Of a DNA stretch of 64,000 bases, positions 41,830 through 54,219 are shown piece by piece; positions within the stretch are counted from its first letter, which is position 1, and the number at the start of each line of letters is the position of its first letter. The stretch spans positions 126,048,001 through 126,112,000 of the forward strand of contig CM059432.1 of NCBI GenBank assembly GCA_030390025.1, written 5' to 3'. This DNA is from Squalus acanthias. Taxonomy: Eukaryota. A program made the translations under genes and the position numbers. The notes beneath the pieces were generated by a model that searched no databases, was not told the DNA's origin, and worked only from the letters and a program-made list of their open reading frames with translations.

Positions 41830-42673
41830 GGGCTGGATTTTCTCAATGAGAAGCTTTTGGAGGCGGGACTGCTGCTTGCCGGCTTTCAATCCCGCCTCCA
41901 TCAGCTTCTGGCCAACCAGCGGGATTTTCCCCTGATTGACCTTGTTAAGCCCGCCCAGCGGGCTCAGCAGGCCAATTAGGGGGAAGTCACTGACAGAGCA
42001 CATCAACGTATGACGTGCCATCTGTCAAGAACTTTTGAAAGAAGAAATGTCATCATTTGACAGCTCTGTGAAGCTGTCAAACACAAACATTCTGTGTAGT
42101 TTGATGAGTCCTTGTGTTCAGGACTCATCAAACCTTTCAACTTTGTAGAAATCATCTGGCTGTTGGTTCGGAGGATCCAACAGCCAGTCTGTGATATCTA
42201 CAATGGAGATGTCGGGACTCCAGCTCCACAGCGGCTGAAGGCTGTAGGCAGAAACAAAGGTAAGTGAACATTTTATAACACTTAACACTCACCTTACATA
42301 CTTACCACTCCACACTTGCACCCATCACTCACCTCTACATCGCACTTTCAGACCCCTCCGACCTCCGCAGACCTCCTTCTCGTCTCCTACACCCTGGTGG
42401 GGTTCCCCGAGGTCGGGAAGCCTGCACTTCGGAGCTAAAAATGGGGATAATCCTTTTTTCTGCCTGTTAACTACCTGTTAACAGGCAGTTAATAGGCTGT
42501 AATCCCTTTCCCACCTCGAGGAGACGGGACCCGGGGCAGGACAGCTTCCCGCCTCCTGGCAAGAGGGCACGGAGGCGGGTTGGGGGCGGGTTTGCCAGCT
42601 GCCCCAAATTCTGCAACTTTACCGGCAATCCCGCCTCCATACCCGCCTCCTCGGGGCTGAGAAAATCCAGCCC
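41830..42673. mobile_element. Harbinger-type MITE, family B
   Basis: Perfect TIRs GGGCTGGATTTTCTCA / TGAGAAAATCCAGCCC; TSD AAT. Confidence 0.9.
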
Positions 42674-44201
42674 AATGTGTGAACAAGTCAGGTACAGGAA
42701 AAATGAAAGGAAAAGCAGAGGAAAAATTGCAGAGCAAGAAGCTGGGGAACACAATGAGAATCCTTTGGATGGACACCAATTAAGTGTAGCAGAATCATCA
42801 GAGAGTGGTGAGATAGAGAGTGGTGAGATACCTAACACAGATCATTCTGGTGCCAATGACAGCAAAATGGAGCAGGACCAGTTTAAGTCTGAAGCTGAAG
42901 AAGATGGTAATCCTCCTACTGCTAGACTAGATGAAGCATAGGAGGAGTAAGAGCACCAAGAGGAGAAAGATGAACAGGAATCACTTCATGCTTATGTTGA
43001 GAAAATTCTTTCAAGTGCAGCACCTCTAAAACAGGATGACATAGAGAGACTTGTGCTTCATAACTGGAAAATAAAATTTCATCCTAATGGAGGGAAAATT
43101 GAAGGTGACGGGACAGCAGTGCTGCAGCATGCTGCTGATTGCATTCCATGCAGAATTTTCCCACAGGATGCAGCAACTCGAAGTTTTCTTCCAACCTTAG
43201 CCACACCAATTGGATGGACTGCAGATCACAACTGGCAGCAGCTGAATAAGCAAATCCCTGACCACAAAGAAAGTAACACACGCAAGGAACGCTATATGAA
43301 AGGGATGGATGCAAGTAGGAGATTGAAAAGTGATAAAAGCATCCACTCATTACTAGACAAAAATTTTACAAATGAAAGAGAAAAGTGGAAGGAAATTCTT
43401 AAACGTATTTCAGATGTCGCTTTGATTCTTGGAGAACGAGGGGTTCGATTTCCCTGGCACAAGCTCCAAGCTGGGTGATAAATCCAATGGCAATTTCTTA
43501 GGTTTTACTGAATTCTTAGCCAAGTCTGATCAGATTTTGAGTGACTATGTTGATCATATGAAAAAGACACAGGCGGGAAATGAAAGACTTCAAATACATT
43601 ACTTGTTACCCGAGAGCCACAATGAATTTACTGAAGAATGCGCCGGGCACATCGTGAAATCAATCCTAGATGAGGTTAAAGAGGCCAAGCACTTTTCAAT
43701 CATTTGTGATGCAACACCAGGCCACTCCCACAAGGAACAGAGAGCACGAACGATCCGATACATTCACCAAGTACCTGTAGGAAACATTGTGATTCATGAA
43801 CGATTCTGGTGCTTCAGAGACTTTACCACGAAGACTGGCGAGGAAATAGCTGAGATGATTCAAAACACCATAGCTGAACACGGATTAGATTTCAAACTCT
43901 GTCGTGGACAAGCTTGTGATAATGGAGCCAACATGGAAGAGGGGTACTCTGGAGCTCAGGTGGTGCTTGAGAATCCACAGGCACTTTCTTCTCCATGTGC
44001 AGCGTATACCCTGCACCTAGTTGGAGTTGATTCGGCAGTGTTGTCAATTGATTGAAGACACCCAAAGAATGTAATACAGTCATTGGACAATACAAAGGTG
44101 GGAGATTTGGGGGAAAACTGTTCCCGTTTCACTCCATTCAATAACTGATACACGGAGTTCAGCACATATTGGTTGTGTGGGTCCTTTTGCCAAGATTCTA
44201 A

Positions 44202-44674
44202 GGGGAAAAAATTGGGTCGCACCCCCTTTGGGGCGCTAACTTCGCCGGGAAAAGTTAGCAACACCACGCCCGAAATTCACCGCTAGCACCCCGAGAGGGA
44301 GGCGGGGTGCTACTGGAAGCGCCCCACCTCCCTCTTGGGGCGCTGCAAGTGAATATCGTGGTGCTACGTGCCGCAGCGCCACGCACTGCGGCACGTTGCG
44401 CCGCGGTACTGCAGGCCTTCCTCCCCTTATTAAAGGGGAGGGGCCTGGGGCCCAGCTGGGCCACCGGGGATCGGAGTGCCGGCAAAAGAGCCCGGCACTC
44501 AAGAGAAGTGCCGGGCTCACGGTGTGCAGCCGGCACTCCGTGGGGGGGGTTTCAGAGAAGGCCGGGGACGGCAAAGTGGGCAGGTAATGGCAGGCGGCCA
44601 GCAACAAAAATGGCCGCCCGGTTCCTTCCCTTTAATTAGCGACGGGAGGTGCAAATCAACCGAATTTTTCCCCC
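44202..44674. mobile_element. Harbinger-type MITE with family A-like ends and a different interior
   Basis: TIRs GGGGAAAAAATT / AATTTTTCCCCC; TSD TAA. Confidence 0.85.
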
Positions 44675-45212
44675 TAAAAGGCTTAAAATTAACATTGTGC
44701 AAGTCGGGTTCAATTCAAGCATTCAATCAGAAGTTATATTTCTAGCCTACTCAAATGCATGTCCAATTTTAAATGAGTTTTACTCACAACAATTTGGTTA
44801 AAAATTCTAATCCCCAAAAATGAACGGAATCTAGTCCTTCAGTACTGAGATGCTACACTCTGTGTCGAAAGAGACAACATCAACGGCCTTATCACTGAAA
44901 TTATTAATAAATGTTAGCTTGTTGCAGCAAAGCTTAACATCCATTCCCCCAGAGGTATCAGTGGTGTCACGCCATTCACACCCACCATTTAGATACGGAG
45001 AAGAAGGTGATGATGCAGCCACAGATCATCAAGACAAACCTGTTAAGGACCAACTTCGGGACAATATTTCCTTTCTGAGAAAAACGCATGAAAAGCACTG
45101 TCATAAATTGAAAGTCTTAAGGTTCCTGAAAATTTGGAAACTTTTAAAAAAAATCAGTAAGTCTTTATAAGATAAGGGAACACATCAAAGCTTGAGAGCA
45201 ATTACAGACCAA

Positions 45213-45942
45213 AGGGGAGAAATTCGGTTGCTTAGCACCGCTCGTGAAATTGACCAGTCGTTTTGCGGCAGCGCTAAACACTACCGCCACCATCTCCTGC
45301 ATCCGCAGATCGTGACGTCAGTCAAGCGTGCAACGCCCTGGTAACACGCCAGACTGGATATTGAGTCGCACCCCCTGCCTTAGCGCCTGCCGCTAGGAAC
45401 GACAGGTAGAGGGGAACGTTTTCAAGTCAGGAAGGGGCTGGGGGAGCGCTATTTAAAGGCAGGCGCTTCCTGCCTTTTCTTATCGGCAAACTTTTTGGTT
45501 TTAACGCTGTCCTAAGAAGTTTTGGCCCTCAGCACCACTTTTGAGGTTCCTAAGCACCGAGCTCTTTCCCTGGGCCTATCCATTAGTGCTTCCAACACAA
45601 TTGCTTTTGAGGTCTCTCCAGGCCGAGATTCAAGGCTGCAATGAGCAGGGTGTGGCTGGCCAACAAGATGGCCCCTCCCCTTTAAGAACTGGACGATGCC
45701 ACTGTGTCTGGCTTCCATGGTAACTGACATCGCCTGAGCTTCGGTAGCGTTCTGAGGTAGCGCCTCGCTCCCTGACGTTTGCACCTTAAGAGAGGTGTGT
45801 AGCGCCTGATTTAACGCTCAAATCACCTCCAGGAGCGACAAAGGCGAATTTTGCAGTCAGAGGCGATAATTAGCGCCGGGCGCTAAACTTTGCACCCTGC
45901 CGACATTAGCGCCCCAAAATGGCCGATGCCCAATTTTCCCCC
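45213..45942. mobile_element. Harbinger-type MITE, family A
   Basis: TIRs AGGGGAGAAATT / AATTTTCCCCC; TSD CAA; colinear with 40872-41724. Confidence 0.88.
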
Positions 45943-46229
45943 CAATACTTTTGACCGCTTCTTATCACACTTTCTATCAAATGAGAGTTTTATTCTTCTA
46001 TTCTCTTTACTGCATGTTTTATTATCATTATCACCAATTAGTTTCATTCATAAATTTGGGTCCCTGGTACAGTTGTACCCACATTTCCCCCCCCCCTCTC
46101 GTCAGTACTAGTGGTAGGGGTGTGTGTGGGGGATAGGAAAGAAAAGGTGGGGGGGGCTTATCTGCTGGAGAAGGAGAAGGAAACTTTTAAAGAAGATGAG
46201 TAAAAGGGCTTGTGTGTGTGTGTTTGTCT

Positions 46230-46533
46230 GCCTGTACGCGCGCGCAGAGGAGGTTGGCACTTTTATGCTACTCTGTTGCTGCTCACTCCTGACTCACAGG
46301 TCTCACGCAGACCTTTGCCAGTATAAATGACCTTGTTCCTGCGGCAGTGGTGTCCCACTATTTCAGGAGTCTACAGATCGACTGTTGATGCTGGCTCCTC
46401 CAAATCGACCTGCAAGACACCAGCAGCAAACATAAAAACAAGAGAGTGACGCAGGACTCCAGGGGAGGCATCACTCTCCCTGGACTCTGGACTGTAACAA
46501 GCCCCAGTGTAAAAGCACATTAAGGGGGTACGT
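46230..46533 (+). promoter_or_regulatory. Candidate Pol II promoter and non-coding first exon
   Basis: Non-repeat sequence with AP-1 TGACTCA (46290-46296), TATAAA (46322-46327) and a donor-like GG|GTACGT (46528). Motif evidence only. Confidence 0.3.
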
Positions 46534-47244
46534 TTGCATTTTGATATCATGTAATAGCTTAAGCTGCCGCATGAGTTTCATGTGCCATCTTGAAAGAAAG
46601 ACTTGCATTTTATATAGCGCCTTTCATGACCACCGGACGTCCCAAAGCGTTTTACAGCCAATGAAGTTATTTTTTTGAAGTGTAGGCACTGTTGAAATTG
46701 TAATTGAGTACTTGTACCATATTATCATCTCCCATGATTAGAGGACCATCATGCTATTGGAATCTGCATGTAAAGGCTTGATTTTATTCTATTAACACAT
46801 CTCCTGCATTACGCTCCATTTCAGTTCTGGTGGAAATTAAACACTTCTACAGTATACTTGAATAATCTGAAGTTGGATAAATCCAGCCTCTAATACGGGG
46901 CTGTTTGCTAATAATTCTGCAGGAGAATGTAAAGGAGCGAATATGTAATATTTATTAAGATTCACCAGCGACAATGAAGGAACGGCGATATATTTCCAAG
47001 TCAAGATGGTGTATAACTTGGAGGGTGGTGTTCCCATGTGCCTGCTGCCCTTGTCCTATAGATTATCAGTGAGTTATTGTAATACTGTTGGTTATAAGGG
47101 GAACCTGAGTGTTGTCGGTATTACTATTAGCTATCGGTTCAATTTCGGTGAGTTACTATTAGTTACTGGTGGAATCAAAGTTCCTCCCACCTCTAGTTTT
47201 CCCCTCTGCAAATCCCTCCCTCCCCCATCTTTGGTTCCCCCCCC

Positions 47245-47435
47245 CACCCTCAGTTCCCCCTCTTCCCCCGCCCTCAGTTCCCCCTCCTCCCCCGCCCTCG
47301 GTTCTCCCTCCTCCCCCGCCCTCGGTTCCCCCTCCTCCCCCGCCCTCGGTTCCCCCTCTTCCCCCGCCCTCGGTTCCCCCTCTTCCCCTGCCCTCGGTTC
47401 CCCCTCCTCCCCCGCCCTCGGTTCCCCCGCCCTCG
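47245..47435. repeat. 24-bp C-rich minisatellite, about 8 copies
   Basis: Unit CCCGCCCTCGGTTCCCCCTCCTCC; explains the SSPALGSP/EPRAGEEG repeat ORFs; lies just upstream of a hAT-like right end TGGCAACCCTA (47634-47644). Confidence 0.9.
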
Positions 47436-47904
47436 ATTTCCCCTCCTGCCTGCTCATGGATGGCCTCCTGTTTCTCAGAACTTGTCGCACAACAGCTGCT
47501 GGTGCGAAACCACAAGCAAAGATACTGAACCATAAGGGAGCCAACCTTTGTAAGGTAACTGCTGTGACATTTGGAGACATCACATGATCAGACATCACGT
47601 GATCAAATCTCCAGGAATACCTCCGGCCAGAGATGGCAACCCTAGATGCTTTATAACTGCATTTTTATTATTACCTTTAGGGTATTTACAACATTGACAA
47701 AATTCAGGTCTCTTTGGGTTTGAAGCTAGTTTTATCACTCATTGCTAACCATTACCTAGCATAGAATAGCATTATCAACTGTTCATTGCAAATGTTCTTC
47801 ACACCCAAAACCAAAGTTACCTTGGGGATTTAATTAGCAATGTTTGGCCGAGTTAGCCCCTGGACCAGACCAGTAATTGCAGACCAAATCAGTAGCTACA
47901 CAAA

Positions 47905-48340
47905 TCAAGGAGTCCGTGTTCCATGTATATATCGAATGTTAGAGGTTGCAGCCCCTCTTCCATTCTTTGAAGGGGCTGCTCCTCGATTTTTGGCTGCACT
48001 TCAGTCCCACACTCCTGATCTTCAGTCACCCGGCATGGAGGGGGAGCGGGCAGATCGGGGGACCTCCTCGTAGGACTGCTCCTGGGCCTGGCCAAAGTGG
48101 CCATCAACTGGTCCAGGCAGCGGCCGGTCGAGGGGGTCATTGGGCCCGATTGCCTGCCTCTCTTCCGCGGCCACGTTCACGCCCGGGTAGCCCTGGAGAT
48201 GGAGCACGTGGTGTCTGCCGGCACGCTCGAGGCCTTCCGCGACCAGTGGGCACCGGAGGGACTGGATTGCATCATCACCCCCGGCAACCAAATTTTAATT
48301 TAATTTATTAAGTTTCGTTTAATGTTTTATTAGTTACAGT
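47905..48340 (+). mobile_element. L1/Tx1-type LINE 3' fragment
   Basis: Colinear with 36245-36660. Confidence 0.7.
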
Positions 48341-48554
48341 CTATTTGTTTATGGGTTGCTCAAAAGAGTACACAAATTACCACCACATTCTTCTAGCACC
48401 AATAACAATTAGCAACAATCACCACAGGCTACTGGTTCTCCACCTAGTCATTAAGGCTAATCGATTATGTACCAACTGATGCTGAAAATGGCTCTACCTA
48501 TATAATCCAGACTTTGTGTCTTAAGGAGCGTGCACAAGAAAGATACTAACTTTC

Positions 48555-49430
48555 ACCACAGCATCGGTGAGTTATGTCTCTCTATTCCCAGATTTCTTTG
48601 CTTCTCTATTCCATTTAATTTCTTGCATTCCAAGGAATAAGTGGCCGGCTTATTCCTTCTCCGAAAATGAACCACCTCACACTTCGCTATATCGAATATA
48701 GTTTGCCATTTATCCGCCCACTTAGCAAGCCTATTTATTTCTTCCTGTATTTCGCTGCACACCTCTACATTATTATCTATACCCACCGCCAATTTGAACA
48801 TAACATAAGAATTCGGAGTAGGCCATACGGCCCCTCGAGCCTGCTCCGCCATTCAATAAGACCATGGCTGACCTTCGACCTCAACTCCACTTTCCTGCCC
48901 GATCCCCATATCCTTTGATTCCCCTAGAATCAAAAAATCTATCGATCTCAGCCTTGAATATACTCAAAGACTCAGCATCCACAGCCCTTTGGGGTAGAGA
49001 ATTCCAAAGATTCACAACCCTCTTAGTGATGAAATTCCTCCTCATCTCATTTGGTATCATTTGCAAATTTCGACAGCATATCTCCAATTTCTGTGTCCAA
49101 ATCATTTATGTATATGGTGAACAACAGTGGTCTCAGCACAGATCCCTGCAGGACACCGGTTCCCCCTTTCTGCCCTTTCCCTTAATTCCTACCATCTGTT
49201 TTGTAGCCATCTTTCAATTGATTCTGCTACCTGGCCCCAGACTGAACACACCCTGACCTTTGTCATGAGTTTCCTATGCGACACCTTATCGAAGGGCTTC
49301 TGAAAGTCCATGCATACCATATCCACTGCATTGCTCTATTATACTACCAAGAATTCAATAGGGTTGATTAAATATGAGCTTCCTTTTAAAAATCCATGGT
49401 GACTATTTTTTGTTATACTCTCCGCCTCTA
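48555..49430 (-). mobile_element. Old CR1 RT fragment with a younger CR1 tail (~48797-49050) nested inside
   Basis: QEEINRLAKWADKWQ..KCEVVHF; NFITKRVVNLWNSLPQRAV. Confidence 0.75.
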
Positions 49431-50559
49431 GATGTTGTAAATCTATAAACTCCGACCAATATTCAATTTTCCTGAAAACAAATTTTACATTATACATTCC
49501 ATGTAGAAATCAGCAAAGATACATTCAAATATAAAGAGAGAATACAAGAGTATATGGCTCAGGAACCTGATCAGAAGATTGAGACAAAAAAAGGAGATTA
49601 ACCTTAAACCAGAGGGGTGACAATTCTGGGTTTTTTGTTGATGGGGGAGGAATCAGACATTGACTCCCCATTTATTTGATTTTTGTTAACAATTTTCCAA
49701 TTGGGTTAAATGCTCACATATTTCATATTGTACAATGAATTTTGCACAAAAAAACTTGATAGGTTGAGCATTTGCATGCAATGTGCTGAATTTATGGCAT
49801 GAGCCTGACTGTTCTTATGCAAAACAGCCATTTTACAGCACCCACATCATTATCTAGTAACCGGGACAAATGATGCAAATCATGGTACGTTTTTTTGTAA
49901 AGCACACCCAAATTGTTTAAGATCGTGCTTCTTTAACTGTATAGCAAATTTTCTACATTTTTCAAATTAAACTGCCTATCATGGGGGAAGATTTCCTCTT
50001 GAGTGTCATGTGTAAATTTATAAAGAACAGGTTCACACATCACATGTAGCACATGTAGCAAGTATTCACCCTTTTGAATCACTCTAAAGTTTAAAATTAA
50101 ATTCTACCAATCCTTATTTCAGCCAATCCTTATTTACCCTGCGGTCATTCTTGTGCCTTGAACAGTAAATTGATTCCCTGGAATGCTGTGTGTACATACT
50201 TACCTAAAATGTACAGACTCCACCTGCTAACAGGTAAACCAGATCCCTCTGGGACTGGGCCCCAAACAGCCACATTCCTTTAAGGCAAACTATTACCCTG
50301 TAATTGTTACCTGTCAAACAAGCAAACTAGATTTCCTGGACCAGGCCCAAGTAGCTTAGATTTTCTCATGAAAACTTTTAAATGTTCATACCCTCAGAAA
50401 TGTAGACAGCCGTTTGCACGAACATCTTCTCATTAACCCTTAGACACTGTTAAATAGATAGGAACTCCATGTGAACAGCACTTTGAGTGCTATGACCTAA
50501 ATGTAATTTAAAGATTGAACAGACAATATTGCTTTCATTTGTGCAAATTTTTAGAGTTG

Positions 50560-51095
50560 AAGCCCAGCCTCTCACTTTAATTCTCCGGACCACTCCCACT
50601 CTGACCTCTCTGCCCTCGGCCTCCTTCACTGTTCCAATGAAGCTCAACTTAAGCTCGAGGAACAGCATCTCATCTTTCTTTTAGGAACTTTACAGGATTC
50701 TGGACTCAACACTGAATTCAACAATTTCAGATCATAACTTCTGCCCCCATTTTTTTCAGACGGCAGTTGTTGCTGACGATTCTGCTATTGCCGTTAACAC
50801 CTCCACTAGACCCATCTTTTATTTCTTTACTTGTCCCATTACCAGCTCCTTTCACTTTGCACCATCACCCCTTTTGTCATTTAATCACTCCTACCTTCCA
50901 TCTTATCACAGACCTTCCCTTTTGTTCTTTCCTCCCCCCACCCCTTTCCCTGCCTCTGCACCTGCTTAAAACCTGTTAGACCTCGAACCTTTTCCAGTTC
51001 TGACAAAAAGTCATCGACCTGAAACGTTAACTCTGTTTCTTTCTCCACAGATGCTGCCTGACCTGCTGAGTATTTCCAGCATTTTCTGTTTTTAT
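50560..51095 (+). mobile_element. Penelope-like element (second family), GIY-YIG C-terminus and 3' end
   Basis: KLEEQHLIF..GTLQ..GLNTEFN; 3' end shared with 55945-56212; hammerhead core degenerate (CTGACAA). Confidence 0.7.
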
Positions 51096-51525
51096 TCCAG
51101 CATTGTGTGCAGTTCCGGGCACGCCGTTATACGAAGGGCATTTGAGCCCCAGAAAAAGTGTGGGAAACTAGCTGTAGCCTGGTGAGAAGTGTCGGCACCT
51201 GCTATTTACTTTGAAGAATGCTGGTTGTTGTGGTTACAGCTGGCCTGTCTTCCCCCCCCCCTCCCCCTCATCAGGATCTGTTCTAGGTTTCAAGCTTGAA
51301 GAGACAGTTATCAGAGAAAAAACAAATGTCAGGAAGAGGACATTATGGTACTACAGCACATAAGAACTCCAACATGCTGTGCGATAGAACAGTTAGATGT
51401 TGATTTTTGTCGTGAGTTCCCAAAATCTGGCGAGTTCTCATTACTCCCCCATCAATGTGCAGTGGATCTATCTGTACAGATCTGTGTCTCCATGATCCAT
51501 CGGTTTTATTTGTCTCTATGATGCT

Positions 51526-52571
51526 AGCCTAGAAATTCGATGGCACTGTGTCCATTATACAGGTGTAAAATGGACGCCTAAACATCCAATATGGCGGGTG
51601 GCGTGCGTGCTCTAATTCCGCACCAGAAATGTACCGCCCGCCATATTGCTAAATGCTCCTGCACAGGTGTACAGCGCATGCATATGCAAATAGCTGGCCT
51701 GACACTTGCTTGAGGCACCTTTGCAAAATTTGTTAATGATTCACTGAAGCATGTGCTCTGCATGTTCACTGCGCTCCTTAAAGGGACTGCTTGAGGCTGC
51801 TTCTGGAAAGGTAAGTTTTAATTTTTTTTCTTACCTTATTGTGGAGACAGGAAGAGCGAGAGTGCCCCTCCCAGCTCCATATTAAATTTTCGGGCCTCTG
51901 CTGGCAACCACTCAGACCCCTCCTGATTGCCTCCCCTTCCAGCCACCCTTCCACTTCCCCTCCCCCACCCTCGGCTGGCATCTGAGGCGGGTGATCTTGC
52001 TGCCTCCCAGGACCGGCTCGCTGTCTCTGGGGCTCAGGAGCCATGACTGGCGGACCATTTTCCCATGGTCCTGCCACCGACCTCACCTGGCGTGTGCAGT
52101 GAGCGCAGTACTCCGACCGCCCCCAATTAGGGGTACGGTAGCATAGTGGTTATGTTACTGGACTAGTAATCCAGAGGCCTGGACTAACGATCCAGAGACA
52201 TGAGTTCAAATCCCACCATGGCAGCTGGGGAATTTAAATTCAATTAAATAAATCTGGAATAAAAAGCTAGTGTCAATAATGGTGATCATGAAACTACGGG
52301 ATTGTTGTAAAAACCCATCTGGTTCCCTGATGTCCTTTAGGGAAGGAAATCTGCCGTCCTTGCCTGGTCTGGCCTATGTGACTCCAGACCCACAGCAATG
52401 TGGTTGACTCTTAACTGCCCTCTGAAATGGCCTAGCAAGCCATTCAGTTGTATTCAAGAAGGCGGCTCACCACCACCTTCGAGGGCAATTAGGGATGGGC
52501 AATAAATGCTGGCCTTGCCGGCGACACCCACATCCCATGAATGAATTAAAAGAAAATCCAATTTCTAGGCC
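51526..52571. mobile_element. Harbinger-type MITE with a SINE inserted at its right TIR
   Basis: TIRs (A)GCCTAGAAATT / AATTTCTAGGC(C); no clear TSD. Confidence 0.6.
52130..52557 (+). mobile_element. tRNA-derived SINE (possibly MetaSINE-type), partner of the LINE at 3094-6084
   Basis: A box TAGCATAGTGG, B box GTTCAAATCC; tail TTCAAGAAGGCGGCTCACCACCACCTT..CCCACATCCCAT nearly identical to the LINE 3' end; TSD CCAATT. The Meta-domain assignment is from memory and unverified. Confidence 0.85.
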
Positions 52572-54219
52572 ACCATGTGTAATTGGTCTGTGTGTGGATC
52601 ACTGAAATCTGAAAACTTTACAGGCTGCAACATCCTGAGAAGATCCTGAATCAAAGGCAGATACTTCCCTGCAAAGAGTAAGGACAAGTGAATATCACCC
52701 TGGCCTGTTCTCACACTCGTCCACGCCATTGGTTAGACAGCAACAATGGTAGATGCATGCAAGCGGCTATTTTCCCACCTTCTTGACCAACGAATGATGT
52801 GGAGTGAGGGGAAAAATACATTCTGGAACCTTCCTTTTTTACATGGGTCATGCATGAAAGACTAAAAACTAAAGTCAGTGCGCAGGAGCGACATTTGCCT
52901 TGCAAGGGCCCCTGTGCAAAGGTTCAGTTTGGGGCCCTTACGTTTTACTAAACAATGATACTAAACACTTCTGACTTAATCTGGTGTCAAATCCACACAC
53001 GGAGCATCATGAAAAGGCTTGTTTTCCATCAGGGATATAAAAACAGTTGACAAAGGATAGGCGATAGGAAACACAAGAGTAAATGACATCAAACAATTAT
53101 AAAGGACTTGAAACAGCAATATTACATCAGTGTATGAACCTTCTGACACCTCAGAAACTATTTTTTTTGTGCATTTAGCTGCAGTGAAGTCTTACACAAT
53201 ATTTGAATCGTATTTACAGTTTGCCTTGTCCCACTGCAGTCATGACTGCGGGAGGCTGAGTGGGGTGGGTGAGAAGGCAAGCACCGAGGTCGGAGCCCAC
53301 TGCAGGCTGCTGCACATCTCCTGAATTACGACTCTTATTATAGGAGAACTGCAAATCTTCTGCTCTCCTCTTACCTCTCTCTCTCTCTCCCCTCAGGAAG
53401 TACACTAATACGCCCTTGATGTCTTTTCGTTTGTGTAGGTTATAAAAATTGCCTTTTGTCATCCTTAAGGCTTAAGTAAATGTGATGGAGAGAAAGAGGT
53501 TGGGTGTTCAGGGATCAGCTATTACTATCGCTTAGATGTCCTTTTATTGGATCCGCACAGTCCAGCTTCAGGCTGTGATTTTGGTATTGAATTTTAAAGC
53601 ATGTCTCGGATGCTATACTCTGGAGCCTCTGGTTAATTCACTCCATTTGACGTGTATATCTTCAATTTATCTTTTTCCATGATTGACCTGAACAGAAGCA
53701 ACAATCAGCCAACAGGCCATGTAGTTACAAACAACAGGCTGGTCTGTTCAGGGCCTTCAGTTTTATTTATATATTTTTCTCGCTTTCTAAAACTTGATTT
53801 ATTTTTTATGCCGGGAGTTACTGGGTTGTCCGGAGGCGGTCCCGCATCATGTTAGCTTCAATCCATCTGAGCTGTTAGATTTTTGTTTGTATTGCCCCTG
53901 TGGAGATGAGACAGCGCCGACGGCTTAAGAAGGGGAAGGCACCTAGAGATAATTCACTCGGTCTCGCTCTCCCGATCAGTGCTGCTTTATGTACTACTCC
54001 TACATTCAGGGTATTTACTCGCTTACAACTCTCATCCTCAACGTGTTTTCTGAGTTGAAGTTCTCAGCTATCTTGCTAATAAGGTGCAAGATTCTCCAAA
54101 TTGTAGCCTCTTGCACCAATACTTAAACAGTACTTAATAAAACTCTGCAATTGCACGGGTTGCACAGTCCTAACACTGCCCCGTCATGGATGCAACTTAT
54201 TAACTGGCTAAATGGAAGG

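Larger units (their letters stand above)
40594..46110 (+). mobile_element. hAT (Tip100/Zaphod-type) element with decayed transposase (~42700-44140) and four nested MITEs
   Basis: SNGNFLG, FSIICDATP..HKEQ, ERF, CRGQACDNGANM, PCAAYTLHLVG. Putative degenerate TIRs CAGGCCCGTCGGGAGG / CCTCTCGTCAGTACTA with 6/8 TSD GGGGTATG/GTGGTAGG; outer ends are tentative. Confidence 0.65.

Noticed and set aside
47006..47598. Pro/Gly/Glu-rich ORFs on both strands
   Set aside because: They are translations of the 24-bp minisatellite.
53365..53480. Polypyrimidine tract plus AG acceptor
   Set aside because: No convincing reading frame or donor follows; may be a (CT)n microsatellite.
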